Shown here: piece after piece, positions 13,812 through 26,339 of the stretch
How positions within the stretch are numbered: the first letter of the stretch is position 1
How the letters are laid out: every line of letters begins with the position of its first letter
From: Magallana gigas
Taxonomy: Eukaryota
Length of the DNA: 64,000 nucleotides
Direction: 5' to 3'
Assembly: GCF_963853765.1 (NCBI RefSeq)
Contig: NC_088860.1
Span: forward strand, 16,678,001-16,742,000
Program-made: the position numbers and the translations under genes
The notes under the pieces: model-generated
The model's database searches: none
Told to the model about the DNA's origin: nothing
Seen by the model: the letters and a program-made list of their open reading frames with translations, nothing else

Positions 13812-15582
13812 TAACACAATATTATACTATCATGCCATGATAGTTTTGTTTACCGAATAGTAATAAATTCGATCTCTTTAAAATACATTGAAACATATCT
13901 CATATCTATCCACACTAGATTTATGAAGAGTCGTAATATTTACCCCCCCCCCCCCCATATCAAACTAAGGGCCACACCACTAAAAGCTGTTAAATTACTT
14001 AGCAAATCCATAGTAATTGACTTAACACACTACACATTTATAATTTATACAGCTTTTGACTTGACTATTGCACATGTATTATTTATAGTTATTAACCTAA
14101 TGTATACAAGTCATGTATAGTGCAGACTCAAAATTCATAGAACTTTCTAACATATAGCAAACATTAGTTTAAATAATACATGTGTAACATACAAATTTCC
14201 TAACAGAGATAACAGAGATATCCTATATAATTATATAAGAATACCGATATTTTGACAAAGCTTTCATTAAGATACTTGTATGTTGAATTTGAGATTATTT
14301 ACAATTTTAGCATCATAGAAGATGCTGCGCGCCATACAGACGAGGAAATAGTGTAATTAATCCCCAAAGATCACTGATATCGCTTAACACCTACATTCTG
14401 TGTCAACCAATTAAACAAAATAGAATGAAAATAGCCTGGGTATACAGATGACGATTTATATTTACTGCTCGCTTCTCTATTCTGAACTGTAATCAAAGGA
14501 AGATCGTTTAACAGTTAACATAGGTTGATTATCACTACCATCTGTTCAAATCGACATTTACCCCCACAAATTATTTCCAAGTATACAAAACAGATAGCGA
14601 TAAAACGTCAACAGATAAGCCAAGGAGATAGTGCTCTATTTTCAGAAAGAGTGGGTACAATGCAGAGTGAGCTAATTTTGAACATTTTATAAGAATATCT
14701 TTTACGAACTGGGGACTATTTTTTCGCTGGTCCAAGCGCGCACGGAAGATGAAAGCTTACGCCGTCAATGGAATTCGTTCAATGACTGAAACACACGACA
14801 GAAGAATTTGTATCCTATTTCATGTAGAATAAAAGAAACTAAATCCATTGGTTTTTGTCACGATTAAAACTCGCAATGCGGTAGAAGTGCAGGTCGAAGA
14901 TACTCTCACCGTGCAGATACACCCACGGAAAAAGATCGAGATTTGAAATTTAAAAATACACAACTTAAAATATCTTTAAATCAACAATGGCAATTTCAAA
15001 ACGTTTTTGAAATTATGATGTTTATGAATTTAAAATGCACCAAGAGTGCCACTGATTTTAACACATAAAATATTACGCCTTTCAGTTGTTGTTGTTTTTT
15101 TTTTTTACTGAAAAACAATGTTTGAGAAATAAAAATAACACGAAAAACAAAATACGAAAATAATCCTTCCCGGTCGATTACCAAAATAAAGAAACAGTCA
15201 AATTGACTGGTACAATGTATTATACCGTGGTGCTTCCATAAAGGCTTTATCATCATTATATGGACATTTTCTTTTATTGTATTCTGTAATTTAAAAAAAA
15301 TTGCTGAATTTTTTCTTCATTTACTCTAGTTCGCTCTCAAATTGCTGAGTTGATGAACATTACTGTAGGATGAATATCCTCATATGAACAAAAAAACTAC
15401 GTATAATATAACAAACCTAAATTGCTCCAAGCTTGAGGCTGTGAAAAAATTTTTGCATAAGAAATTAAGATCCGGCATTTGGAAGGTACATTTTGGCACG
15501 ATATTCATAAAGTAATACTATCTAATTCTATTGTATTTTAAAGTTCAAAAAAAAAAAGATTTAGCAATGGTTTTTGATAAAA

Positions 15583-15811
15583 CAGGAAAAATAGTGTATG
15601 TCAAATCATAAATTTCCACATGACCATTTTATGTACATTATATCAATAAGTAAATCTATGCAATACGTTATTTATTGTACTTTGTAATTCCAAGCCAAAT
15701 ACTACATTTTAGTGATGTTTTTTCGGAAAAAGTCTTAAATAACACATCTACAGGAAGATAATTGTATGCCAAATTATAATTTTCCACATTACCATTTTCT
15801 GTATATTATAG
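15583..15811. repeat. Diverged ~60-bp direct repeat at 168-bp spacing
   Basis: CAGGAAAAATAGTGTATGTCAAATCATAAATTTCCACATGACCATTTTATGTACATTATA (from 15583) versus CAGGAAGATAATTGTATGCCAAATTATAATTTTCCACATTACCATTTTCTGTATATTATA (from 15751). Confidence 0.75.
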
Positions 15812-15866
15812 TTTTGCTTTTTTGTATAAAAATATTAAATGGTACCGACAAATTTATATTTTAAAC

Positions 15867-15898
15867 CAGGGACGTATATACTAGTATATACGTCCCTG
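15867..15898. repeat. Perfect 32-bp palindrome flanked by TTTAAAC direct repeats
   Basis: CAGGGACGTATATACT|AGTATATACGTCCCTG; TTTAAAC at 15860-15866 and 15899-15905. Confidence 0.95.
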
Positions 15899-16099
15899 TT
15901 TAAACAAAGATTTACAACACTTCTATCTCTCTGGGACTGTTGGGGGGGGGGGGTAAGATAATAAAAAGAGGTCACCAAATTTTAGTGTGTTATACACACA
16001 ATACAAATAAAATTATCATCTACAAGTTCTTACAGCTTACCACCCGGTTTCTCTCTCCTTTACACACATACTTTTTGGGTGTATTAAAATGCTGAATTT

Positions 16100-16181
16100 C
16101 ATCTTCGCAAGCCAAGGGTTTTCGGTCCACTCGGCTGCGCATAAATTTGATGAGACCGAAAAGCCTTGGTCAGCAAAGATG
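16100..16181. mobile_element. Fold-back (palindromic) element remnant
   Basis: Arms CATCTTCGCAAGCCAAGGGTTTTCGGTC (16100-16127) and GACCGAAAAGCCTTGGTCAGCAAAGATG (16154-16181), 23/28 complementary, with a 26-nt centre. Confidence 0.7.
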
Positions 16182-19100
16182 GCTGAAATATAAAAACACG
16201 TTATTACCGCAACTTTTATTACACTTATTAAAAATTAACATAGATCTCTAATGTACTCTTGAACAGAAAGAAATTATGTCTACAAGTACATGATGCATCA
16301 TCTGACAGTTACAACATCCCCATATAACAATGAAACCAATGTATTTATATTACTGGTACGTGTAGGATTACAGTAGTTTGTAGTTTGCGTAAAAGATGGC
16401 TTCCTGCGATATACTGGTTTTACATGTATGAATTACATAAAAGGAAAGAACTCGGTTATCCTCTTTATACATCACCACAAGAACAAAAAAGTTAGGAGAT
16501 TTTCTTGCCATACTGTGTTCCTTAGATGTTTTAAGGCCAAGATGACTGCAGTTGATATTTTTTAATGTTATTAATAGTAGAAACAAAATAGCTTTAGAAA
16601 TTACCAAATGTCATTTACTGAAGTAAATGACGAAAAGTAAAAAAAAAAAAAATAACAACATCAAGGGGGACAGCATAGACTAGAAAACAACTGACTACTG
16701 TGTAACAACTTTTGCAGTATATTATGTAATATGCTGCCCCCCCCCCCCAATAGTAGAAATTTTAAAAATTCAAGGCAGTGACATGCCAAACATCGAACAA
16801 GTCACTGTTGTGAATACTGGTGAGGCTTGCATCCCTTTGAACCAACTGATTGCTACAAATATAACTTTGTATTAATAATACTTTAATTAGTATAATATAT
16901 ATACATGTAAAATTATATTTATTGTGGAAAGTTTAGTTCAACAATATCGATTTTTTTCGTTCTACTTCTAAATGCCATTACTTGATGTCGTCACAGCAGA
17001 AAAACGCTTCGCCAAGGAAAATATAATTTTATCATAGGACTAAAACAGCTTAGTACAAAGAAAAATTAAAAAATATTCCTAATAATAAAAATATGAAGCA
17101 ACCAACATCATCTACGCATATGTAAATTTACATGCATAAATCAAATCGAAGGATTAAAATCGCTAGTAGTATATCTGACAGACACGTGCGTTTTATGTGT
17201 AAGAATGTCGACACTTATATTAAGCTGTTACATGCATGTATGTATATTACGTAGGTATTCTTTTTCCCCCTCCTTTCTCTCAAGTCATCCATATGGGACA
17301 GCATTGCCTAATACTGATGAGCTTTTCTGACGAAAATTATATAAAACGCGATGGTAATTGATTTTATCAATTTGATTTGTGAGTTACATTCCCAAAATCC
17401 CTGTATTTTATCGATTAGTCGTTGGGATACAAGCTCTTTACAAATACCTTTAGCGAGTGTCAGGACGAATAAAGGTCGCCGACCCGTGGCTCATTGTCAA
17501 AAATGTTCTGTTTGATTAAATCTGATTGATAGTAAGAAAGTGGACGTCACCAAATTATCGCAGCTTCGTTCTCTGTCCGTTACACAAGATTCATCCGCGT
17601 AGGTCGAGGACATCGATCCCGAGCGAAATACAGACACCGGTTCCCTGCAATTAAAAAACAGATCTATTTTGGAATGTCTAAAATTAGTAGCAGTTTGGTA
17701 ATTAATACCCTTAACGCGAGGCCCAGATGTTGTAATAGTTAAAGAAGTTCAAGTATTAATTCGTAACCAAATCTTTAAATCTCTCTTTACAAGCTAATTG
17801 TCCCACTGTTTGCATTGTATGTAATAAGGTTTGCAAAGAGCTTTTAATTTGTGTCAACTTTGAAATATCTGTGTGTTTCGACTATTGTTGGATCATTGGC
17901 TTCAGATAACTATATCATTACAGCTCAATACACCAAGGGCATCCCATTGTGTTCACTCTTTGCTTCGTTGCACTTTTAAACTATAGCGCCTCCATATTGA
18001 ACCAGTGTGCCTTAAAAAACCGCAAACAGTCTCTCTCGCGGGGATTAAATAATCTAATTAATCCTCGTTTCTTCTCGTCATAAATACGATGAAGATTTCC
18101 GAGTGAATTTACTAAGGACTAGGACAGCGCGAAAAACGTCCGCACTGGAATTATTCATTCTCGATCGGCGGAAGAGAGAGGACCCTGTCGTCTGATTAAG
18201 ATGCGATACGTCGTACACTTTTTGTGAGTCTATTAAGAGCTCAGAAGACCCGGTTTGTGTTTCGGGTTGGGATCGTACTCTTCACCTACTGCTTCATTAG
18301 ACATGCAAGCATGCTGGCCCGCTATCGTGTTGTCTGCTAATTCAAGAAGTGTTTGACTACTTTCTTTCATTTTGCCACCCTGTGAGCGTGCGCTTTCCTG
18401 CTGATTCCCAGGTAGGAGATTAATTGTCTTAATAGAATTGATCAACGAGGGGCTAAACTAATGCTGGTGCTAATTAGACGTGGTTTTGTATTATTAACTT
18501 TACACGTTCGCATTTAGAAACCCTAGTTTTTGATCTAGGTAATTATTACAGGTAGGAAGGCTATGAACATGTATTAATAATACATACAAGTACACTTATC
18601 TTAATAATACAAGATATATCAAAGGGTACAACCACAAGATACCTGAAAAAAAAGATGAAGAACAAAATAGATTTCATTGAGCTGTGAGCAGAATTGAGCT
18701 ACAGGGTGTTTTGATTTATGATTGGGAGTAAAACTCGATTGACACATTGTTCTAGATGTATGCATGTACATATCCCCTTCTATTCTGTACATTAACGACT
18801 TGTTAGACGCTGTCGATCTGTATCTACAGTCCCTATATCCGGCACAGTCTGTATGATATTACTCACTACACAGTTTTTTTTTCATTCGGTTACTGAAGCG
18901 TACAATAAATATATATACGCAACGTTATCTTATTTCATAATATACTTCATTTCGTCCCAAAATGAACTATTTGTTTGCACAAAAAAAGCGTATAAGACGG
19001 TTCTCTGGTCCCCGTTTCTTCAGTTTTTTTTCTTTCTTTTTTCTTTTATACAACGAACACTGTCCTCAAATCGATGTTAATAGGGAAAACCAATACATAA

Positions 19101-21712
19101 AACAATATTGATAATTATGCATTCTTCTGATATCTCCTTCTGATCGTTTGTCGAGTATGTTCTATCAGTCCATTTCTGAGGTACAGACTTGTATCTACTG
19201 TTTGATGTATCCGGAGAATGTATGATGATATGTAAATCGAACTATTTTTTTTTACCGGTATGTAGATCTTATTAAAATGGAGCCTGGATAGATCTAGTGA
19301 GTTCATTTTAACCGTGTGACATGTGTTTTTATCATGACCATATGATCTACATGCATATATCCATATATATCCATCAACCTGTATATATTAGCTATTGAAA
19401 ATTTCTTTGTTAATATAAAGAGGTAATAGATATTTATTTCTACTTTTTGAGTGTACTATTCTATACAAAGAGAGATGACAATCTACTAAATGTTGAGCCA
19501 GTCGTAAACCATGACTTATAAATACCCATACTTTCTGTTTTCACCAAACTAGCAAAGTTCGTCTTCAGTAATCCTCAATCAAAGGTTGTCGTATTTTTTA
19601 TGGGACTGGCTGAACTCTATCATGTGTGACCCTTGACCTCAAACCTACATGTATACACACGCGGTACATGTGAACCCAGTCTTTACAGGCCGATATAAAT
19701 AAAAATGATCATACATGTAATTTAATTAAATACGATTTTTTGCAAAATGTCATATGAGATATTATAGCTTTTATCTTGTTTTGGAGCTTAAAAAAGGGCG
19801 TTACGCAAAGCCCCTCTCTATGAAAACAAACCCGTTATTTATCTCTGTACATTGATTGTTTAATCAATACATCATTCATAAAAATATGTTTGAAGATTTG
19901 TTTTAACTAGAAACTAATGACTGTATATGAAACGAAAATCGAGACCCCCTTGCTTAATACCCCATCATTTATTTAGAGCGAAAATTGAATAATTAACAAT
20001 ATTCGGAACTCTACAGCGTTTGACGATTCTTTTCAAACGTAATCAAAGTGAGGGTCACGTGTACTTTATTCTCTATTTGCACTCTTGAGGTAGCTTTGTT
20101 GAAAGCTATATAGGACTCTTTTTTGTCAGTTACGTAAAGCGTTTAGAGTACAGTTGTGAAGTTCTATTCTGGTAAATTAATCGTAATCACATGCTCAAGG
20201 CATAGTTTCTGTCCACGGTGCTGGTGTGGGATGTCTATGTACAGTGCTTGGGATTTTAGTAAGGCTGTGTTATTTTGCACGGATATATATATTATACAGT
20301 AACAGTCAACTGTTTAACCTAGTGATAAGTCCACTGACATTCCATGTACTATAAAAATGGCGTTTCTGTATGTCTCCATTCGGACATGAAGAGTAATGAG
20401 TTTTTTCTCCAATCAAGTAGAAGATCTAGGCACAAAAGCGATATTCAAAGGCGGAGTCAGGTGAACAAGTACCCGATATTTCTTATTGAATACAGTAATT
20501 ATGGGTGCTTTCAATGTCTGTTATCTATTTCTATCTATTTTGGGGGTTTAATGGACGGATAACTACTTCTGGTCGGCTTAGTTTGATCTTTTTCTCATAT
20601 TTTTAAAAATTGAATAATTGCGAAAATACCATTACCACGTCAAGCCTGTGTTTTCAGTGGGAGTAAATCGTTTTTATGCTGTCCTTTTTATAATCCTATT
20701 GGATATATACATTGATATATAATCCTATTGGATATACCGATAATCCAGTCTTTATAAACGAGTTTCGCTTTTGTGACATATGGGTACGTTTTAGAGTACA
20801 GTAGCCATTGTGTCGCAGAAGGCCCTCGCATGCTGAGAAATTCAAAGCAAGACAAAGCAGGTCACAGTGCTTGTGAAGGTGAAGGGGGCCGCGGGGACAC
20901 TTATTATACACAGTCGTTGGGTTTTTCTCCACCAGACGTGACCCTGAATTGCGTTCAAGATCAGTAAATCATATATAGAAGTACAATATTTATAGCCAAC
21001 GACGAAAACACAACTGGGTGCCTTTGAGAGAGAGAGAGAAAAATGAAAGAAAGAGAGAGGGGGAGGGGGTGGGCTGACAGGTAGATAAGGATATGTAGGA
21101 TTTATAAAGTCGACAGAAATACATGCACACTGTGTAAAAACAAAATGTATCGTAAGCATTCGATGAAAATCTTGTATAAAATTAATTTTGGTTTACAAAT
21201 TATCAAGATGCCATTTTCTTAACACTTATGGTTATAATCGTTTGCAGAGTCTAACATTACGCCTGAAGTTCATATGTTGATGCGTTCAATCTGACAGCGT
21301 TCAATATTATGCAGGGTCTTTGTTTTGTTGACCATCAAGCGATTGGAAAGAACGATACCTTTAGGTTTCCATATGGGAGGCATACATTTTATGACGTACT
21401 GCCTTTCGCAATGAAAATATTCACATTGTTTTAAATTTTACTTCATCAACAAGTTTTAAATGCATTTTAAAATTTTGGATAAGATATTCAACGATCTGAA
21501 TAATCGAAACGGCAGGCTTGTGAAATATTTTATAATCTAATCCACATTGAATTATCAAACTGGCATGCCACTTTTAAACAAAATGTGAGGTTTTGTTTTA
21601 ACAAACCTTTTAAGGTATTGATAAAATATATGATATGTATAAAAGTGAAAATCACCTAAATGTTGATGTTTTAATTGATTTTACTGGGATTTCCCCCATG
21701 ATAAACGCCAAT

Positions 21713-21847
21713 GGTTATTTGAGTTTGCCCGAGGGGTGGGGGGGGGGGGGGGGGTGGGGGGTGAGGCTTATTTTTGGTACTTATATTGTGTAAATATAAA
21801 GAAATTTGAATGTAACCCCTCCTCGACCCCCCTCTAGATCCCTGCAT
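21713..21847. mobile_element. Truncated G-tract MITE end (possibly PIF/Harbinger-like)
   Basis: Poly-G tracts, GAGGCTTATTTTTGGTA...AAATTTGAAT, ending CCCCCTCTAGATCCCTGCAT. Recognised from memory as a common oyster repeat end; the other end was not found. Confidence 0.4.
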
Positions 21848-24800
21848 AAGGTTTATAAGAAGTGGTCGTTTTGAAAGATGAAAAATTAACTCTTACTTTC
21901 AAAATTATATTTTTAGTTTGATTTTACTTCGCAACTGTTTAATACAAAATAATAAGAACACATTGATTATGAGTCAGTTGTCTCTATAACTGAGAGGGCT
22001 GATCATAAAGCAGGCTGGATTGGTTTAACCATCAGATCTTCCTCAAATTTTTAGATTTGACTTGTTAAGCTATGAAATATTATATAGCAAGGAAAAATTC
22101 CATAATGATAAATATCAGATTCTAGATTTGAGTAGTTTCCTATATCTTCATTGAGAGCTCTTCTTATGGAGATCAATACAGTCCAAAAATGTCCATGACC
22201 ATGCAGTCCTTCATGTTACTTGAATGCCCATAAATGAATGATTATTACTTATGTAAATATTTTGTTTGAACTCTATCGACCTTCCTCAGAAATTTTAAAT
22301 GTGACGTAAAATGAAAACATCACCATCCATGATACGGCACACAGAAAATTAATCACGTGACATTGGTAATAATTGAAAGTGTTCGAAACTGTACTTATGT
22401 CACACTTCCGCACTGACATTTAAACTTTATGTGTTGGAAGTAAAAAAAATGAAAATTAAAATATCTAAACCTAAGGACCTAGGCCGTCTTCACTCTCTTA
22501 ATATTTGAGTTTTGACTTTTAAACTCTTTATTGGGGAAAGCGTACGGTATGTCTTATCCAATTTATTGATTAAATCAAATACGTTTTAATGGTTATTTCT
22601 TATGAGTGTCAACCAAAAATAATTGAATATGCTGTAAAGTTTTAGGCTTTTAAATTTACTTTGATAACATCAGAAAACTTATTGTTTCTTAATTCTGTGC
22701 AACTAGAGTGGAACATTTATTTGAGTAAATCGTCAAATACCAGGTGTATACAGCTTAATACATGTGTGTCGCACGGTGGCACGGCGTGGTTGTTATAATT
22801 AAAATATCTTGAAGTAATGTTAAATTGACTAGTTTTTAAATTTTGTAAGATATTTCAAGTTTTAAAAAGTTAAAGTCTGTAATTGACATGCACTCGTTCC
22901 TCTATACTAAGAAATAATGTTTGGTATGATAATTTGTGTATACGAGTATTTATACCCGTTTTTAAACGGTTTAGTTGTACGACTGTAACTTGGTAATTAG
23001 AGTGATCTAGTTATTCTGTAATGACTCTAACTTATCTATAAATAGAGATAAAGGTCCTACTTTTAACCCTCCGAATGCATTGTAACGATTTTGATGTTAT
23101 CACTATATCCAAACGTCTCGCAGGTTTTTCAAATTATATATGTTAATCGGGCCCCATTTGTTTTACTTAATGCTGCATGCCAATAACGATAGTGAAGTAC
23201 AATTGTAATTGTGGGTAGTCAAATGTTATGTAAACTCCCCCCCCCCCCTCCGAAAAAAAATTACTGCAGTACATTGACAAACATCATTGATCAAATGGCA
23301 AAATGGCAAAACAGAAAGTATGTTTATCTGAATTTTTTTTTATTAATCCCATAAATTGATTTGTTGACTTATCATGCATGTTATGAAAAGATACAGTACG
23401 TTTCATCAATGCCTATCAGTGAAGCCCCGAGTTATTGCTTGATCTCTTTTGCAAGGTGCGTGTGTCCAGCCTTCGAATTGACAATACATCAATACCATAG
23501 ATGGCTGGCTTCATCTTCTTCGATTTTTTAAGGTCTTGATTGTAACTTTCAAGCACTGATAGCAATTAAAGCTACCACAGAATGTCTTTGTTTATACATG
23601 TATGAAATCTATCTAAAATTAATTACTCAACACGTTTCCTGTGCATCCAATGAAGGGTCTCAGTTTTATTTCAACCATGAATGTAGATAAAGATGACATA
23701 TTACTGGACAAAAGTTTGATAACCTTGTTCAAATAAAATAACAAGCATTTTCCCTTGTCTGTCTTGATACAGGATCTAAGATTTATTTTTACCATTATCT
23801 TCTAAACGGCATGCTGTGGGGGAGAGAACTCGTGCCCAACAAGGTTAACGTTGTAAGCTTCGTTTTTTTCTGCAAAATAAATTGCAGATTTCTATTACAA
23901 ACTTAGCTGACGCCAACAACCAATTTCATAACTTTTAGACAGATGTCTACATTTCGGCAACCCAAACGGTTGTCGAACAGGAAATATCATATTAAAACAA
24001 ACTTTGGTTTTTTTTTTTATTTTCAGAAAATCGGTTGCTAAGTAAAATCATCATAATACGGTCTATTTTTAAAATTAATGTCAACAGCTAAACGACTCCG
24101 GAAATACCGAAACCGATCATTTTTAACGTGCCTTATTGAGGTTTGTGTGACATTTCCATTGACAATGGAAATAAAGGAATATTTAAGGTGTTTATATTGC
24201 TGTTTTCATTTTGCTTGGTTTGAACATATTTTTATTGTATACATAATGGGTTTGAACACAACTTCTGGCGACTGACTAGGTTCTTACTCGTTGTTCTTTT
24301 GATGTAATGTGTTGCATATTGATTAGTATATGATAAATTTAAAAAAAATGTTTATAGGTCTATTTTTTTTCGTTGAATATTAGCAATGTATAGTTTGATG
24401 CCCCTTCTGGCAAATTATGTACTTGTAGCAGATGATATCATTTTAATGCAATCATTTTCGAGCAGACGATTTGCGAATCTATTACTTTCATCTGTTATAA
24501 AAATGATTCAAGGGCAGTGAAATTCTTTGGGAAATCTTTGAGAAACTTTGTCTCATATAGACATACGAACTTAGAGTGGAGTGTTTTTTTAAGGGTGGGG
24601 AGGGTGTTGAGGATATATAGACCTCTATAGAAATTCTTTGCTTTAAATCTATATATAGGGACTTAAAGACAGATTCAACACACGTGTGTGTTTGGTGTTT
24701 TAAATAAAGGCACAATGACCATTCCATTTATGTAAGAGCACTTATATCAGATTATTATTTGTCGTAGAAACAAAAGATCCCGGGCGACTAACACAGCGAT

Positions 24801-26170
24801 TCCTCGCTGATCCGAAACCACGCCATTGTGCGTTCACAGTCTTATTGCATAGCTCTAGCGCACTTTAAAATGTAACACGTTAATTCGGAATTATCCAATT
24901 CATGGACTACGGTTACTTTTTTTGGTGGGACTTAATTCTTAGGATGAAGCGAAAGTAACGAGGGAGGTTTTCATTGCAAGGTAGGAAAAGACCTGTAACC
25001 TCTTAACCTTTCTGAAAATGGTTGATAAAGACAAAGTAAAGAAGAGATACTTGGGAATATTTCGTGGTGTCTTATTGAAGTTCAATATTCACCAATTACT
25101 AATCTTGATTTAACACCTCTTCGTTAAATATTTTACCAAGAATATATGCAAAATGTGTAATAACATACCGAGCTCGGTCTACTTTCTCTTTCTTTGGACT
25201 ATTATCAAAATGAAGTCTGGACATTATAGGGTTCAAGTTGAAAGAATTTTGAGATTTTTGAAGATAAATAATACGCTTTTCATCCTGTTGGTTTTGCTAT
25301 ATAATTTATAGGTTGTTGATCTATTTAAAACATTTAAAGGCTATCACTAATTGGTACAACATGAGGGCAATTGCCTTGATCCAAGGACGTTTCTACATAT
25401 AGACAGAAAACCGACCTTGTGTCCGCCATGATTTAGCGATATTCTATCGGACTGTTGCGATCATTTACGTTTCATTCTTAGCAGGAAACTGTAACCGCGT
25501 GGGTCTTTATAGAAAAAAAAATAATTTTAAAATACATCATCGGACAATGCTATCTGTCTGATCTTTACAGACTCGTCCCAACATGCAGGCGGACAAATAT
25601 GTATCTGGGTGTAATACATTTAAAGTTGAAATTAACAGAATTACGTTACTCGGTGGTGACGTTCGTTCGTTAGCACAGATTTATTAGCACACCTTGCAGC
25701 TTTATGGTGTTTTAGAAATACGGTTAACGTTTCCTGACATGTTGACTATAGAACTGTTGTCATATTGTCAAACAGTACTGTACAGCAGTTTGTTTAGAGT
25801 CATGATAAAGCGAAACGACTTTGTTCCGTGGTCTAATATTTTGTTGTCATAATGGGAACAACTTTTCAATAGGCATCATTTTCCATCTGATTGATTTCTC
25901 TGTTAGTAAGTAATTTATTAAAGAGCGTAATTTTTACTACGGGTAATATATTTATTCTCTCCAATAAACTTGATCACCTTGTTTGGTGTTTTTTTGCATC
26001 ACAGATGTTTAAACAGATGAGCAAACTACCCTTTCGTATGGATCAAATTTTCTTATTTAACCGGAAAAACTATTTTAAAACTGAATGTAAAATCGTTTTT
26101 TGAGATTAAGAATATTTGTGCTATTGTAGAAATTGGCACACTTTCTAAATTCGATCACAAAACTGTTTGT

Positions 26171-26339
26171 NNNNNNNNNNNNNNNNNNNNNNNNNNNNNN
26201 NNNNNNNNNNNNNNNNNNNNNNNNNNNNNNNNNNNNNNNNNNNNNNNNNNNNNNNNNNNNNNNNNNNNNNNNNNNNNNNNNNNNNNNNNNNNNNNNNNNN
26301 NNNNNNNNNNNNNNNNNNNNNNNNNNNNNNNNNNNNNNN
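26171..26339. other. Assembly gap (169 N)
   Basis: Run of N. Confidence 1.

Noticed and set aside
13335-19639. Nuclear-receptor DR2 (13335-13348) and DR1 (19627-19639) half-site pairs
   Set aside because: AGGTCA-type pairs are frequent in bivalve repeats, and there is no independent support.
22768-22791. GCACGGTGGCACGGCGTGGTT resembling a tRNA/SINE A-box head
   Set aside because: No B box (GTTCRA) or cloverleaf follows.
23400-23480. Minus-strand AGHTHLAKEIKQ*LGASLIGIDE resembling a Walker A region
   Set aside because: The catalytic Lys is absent, there is an internal stop, it is only ~25 aa, and another frame looks equally protein-like.
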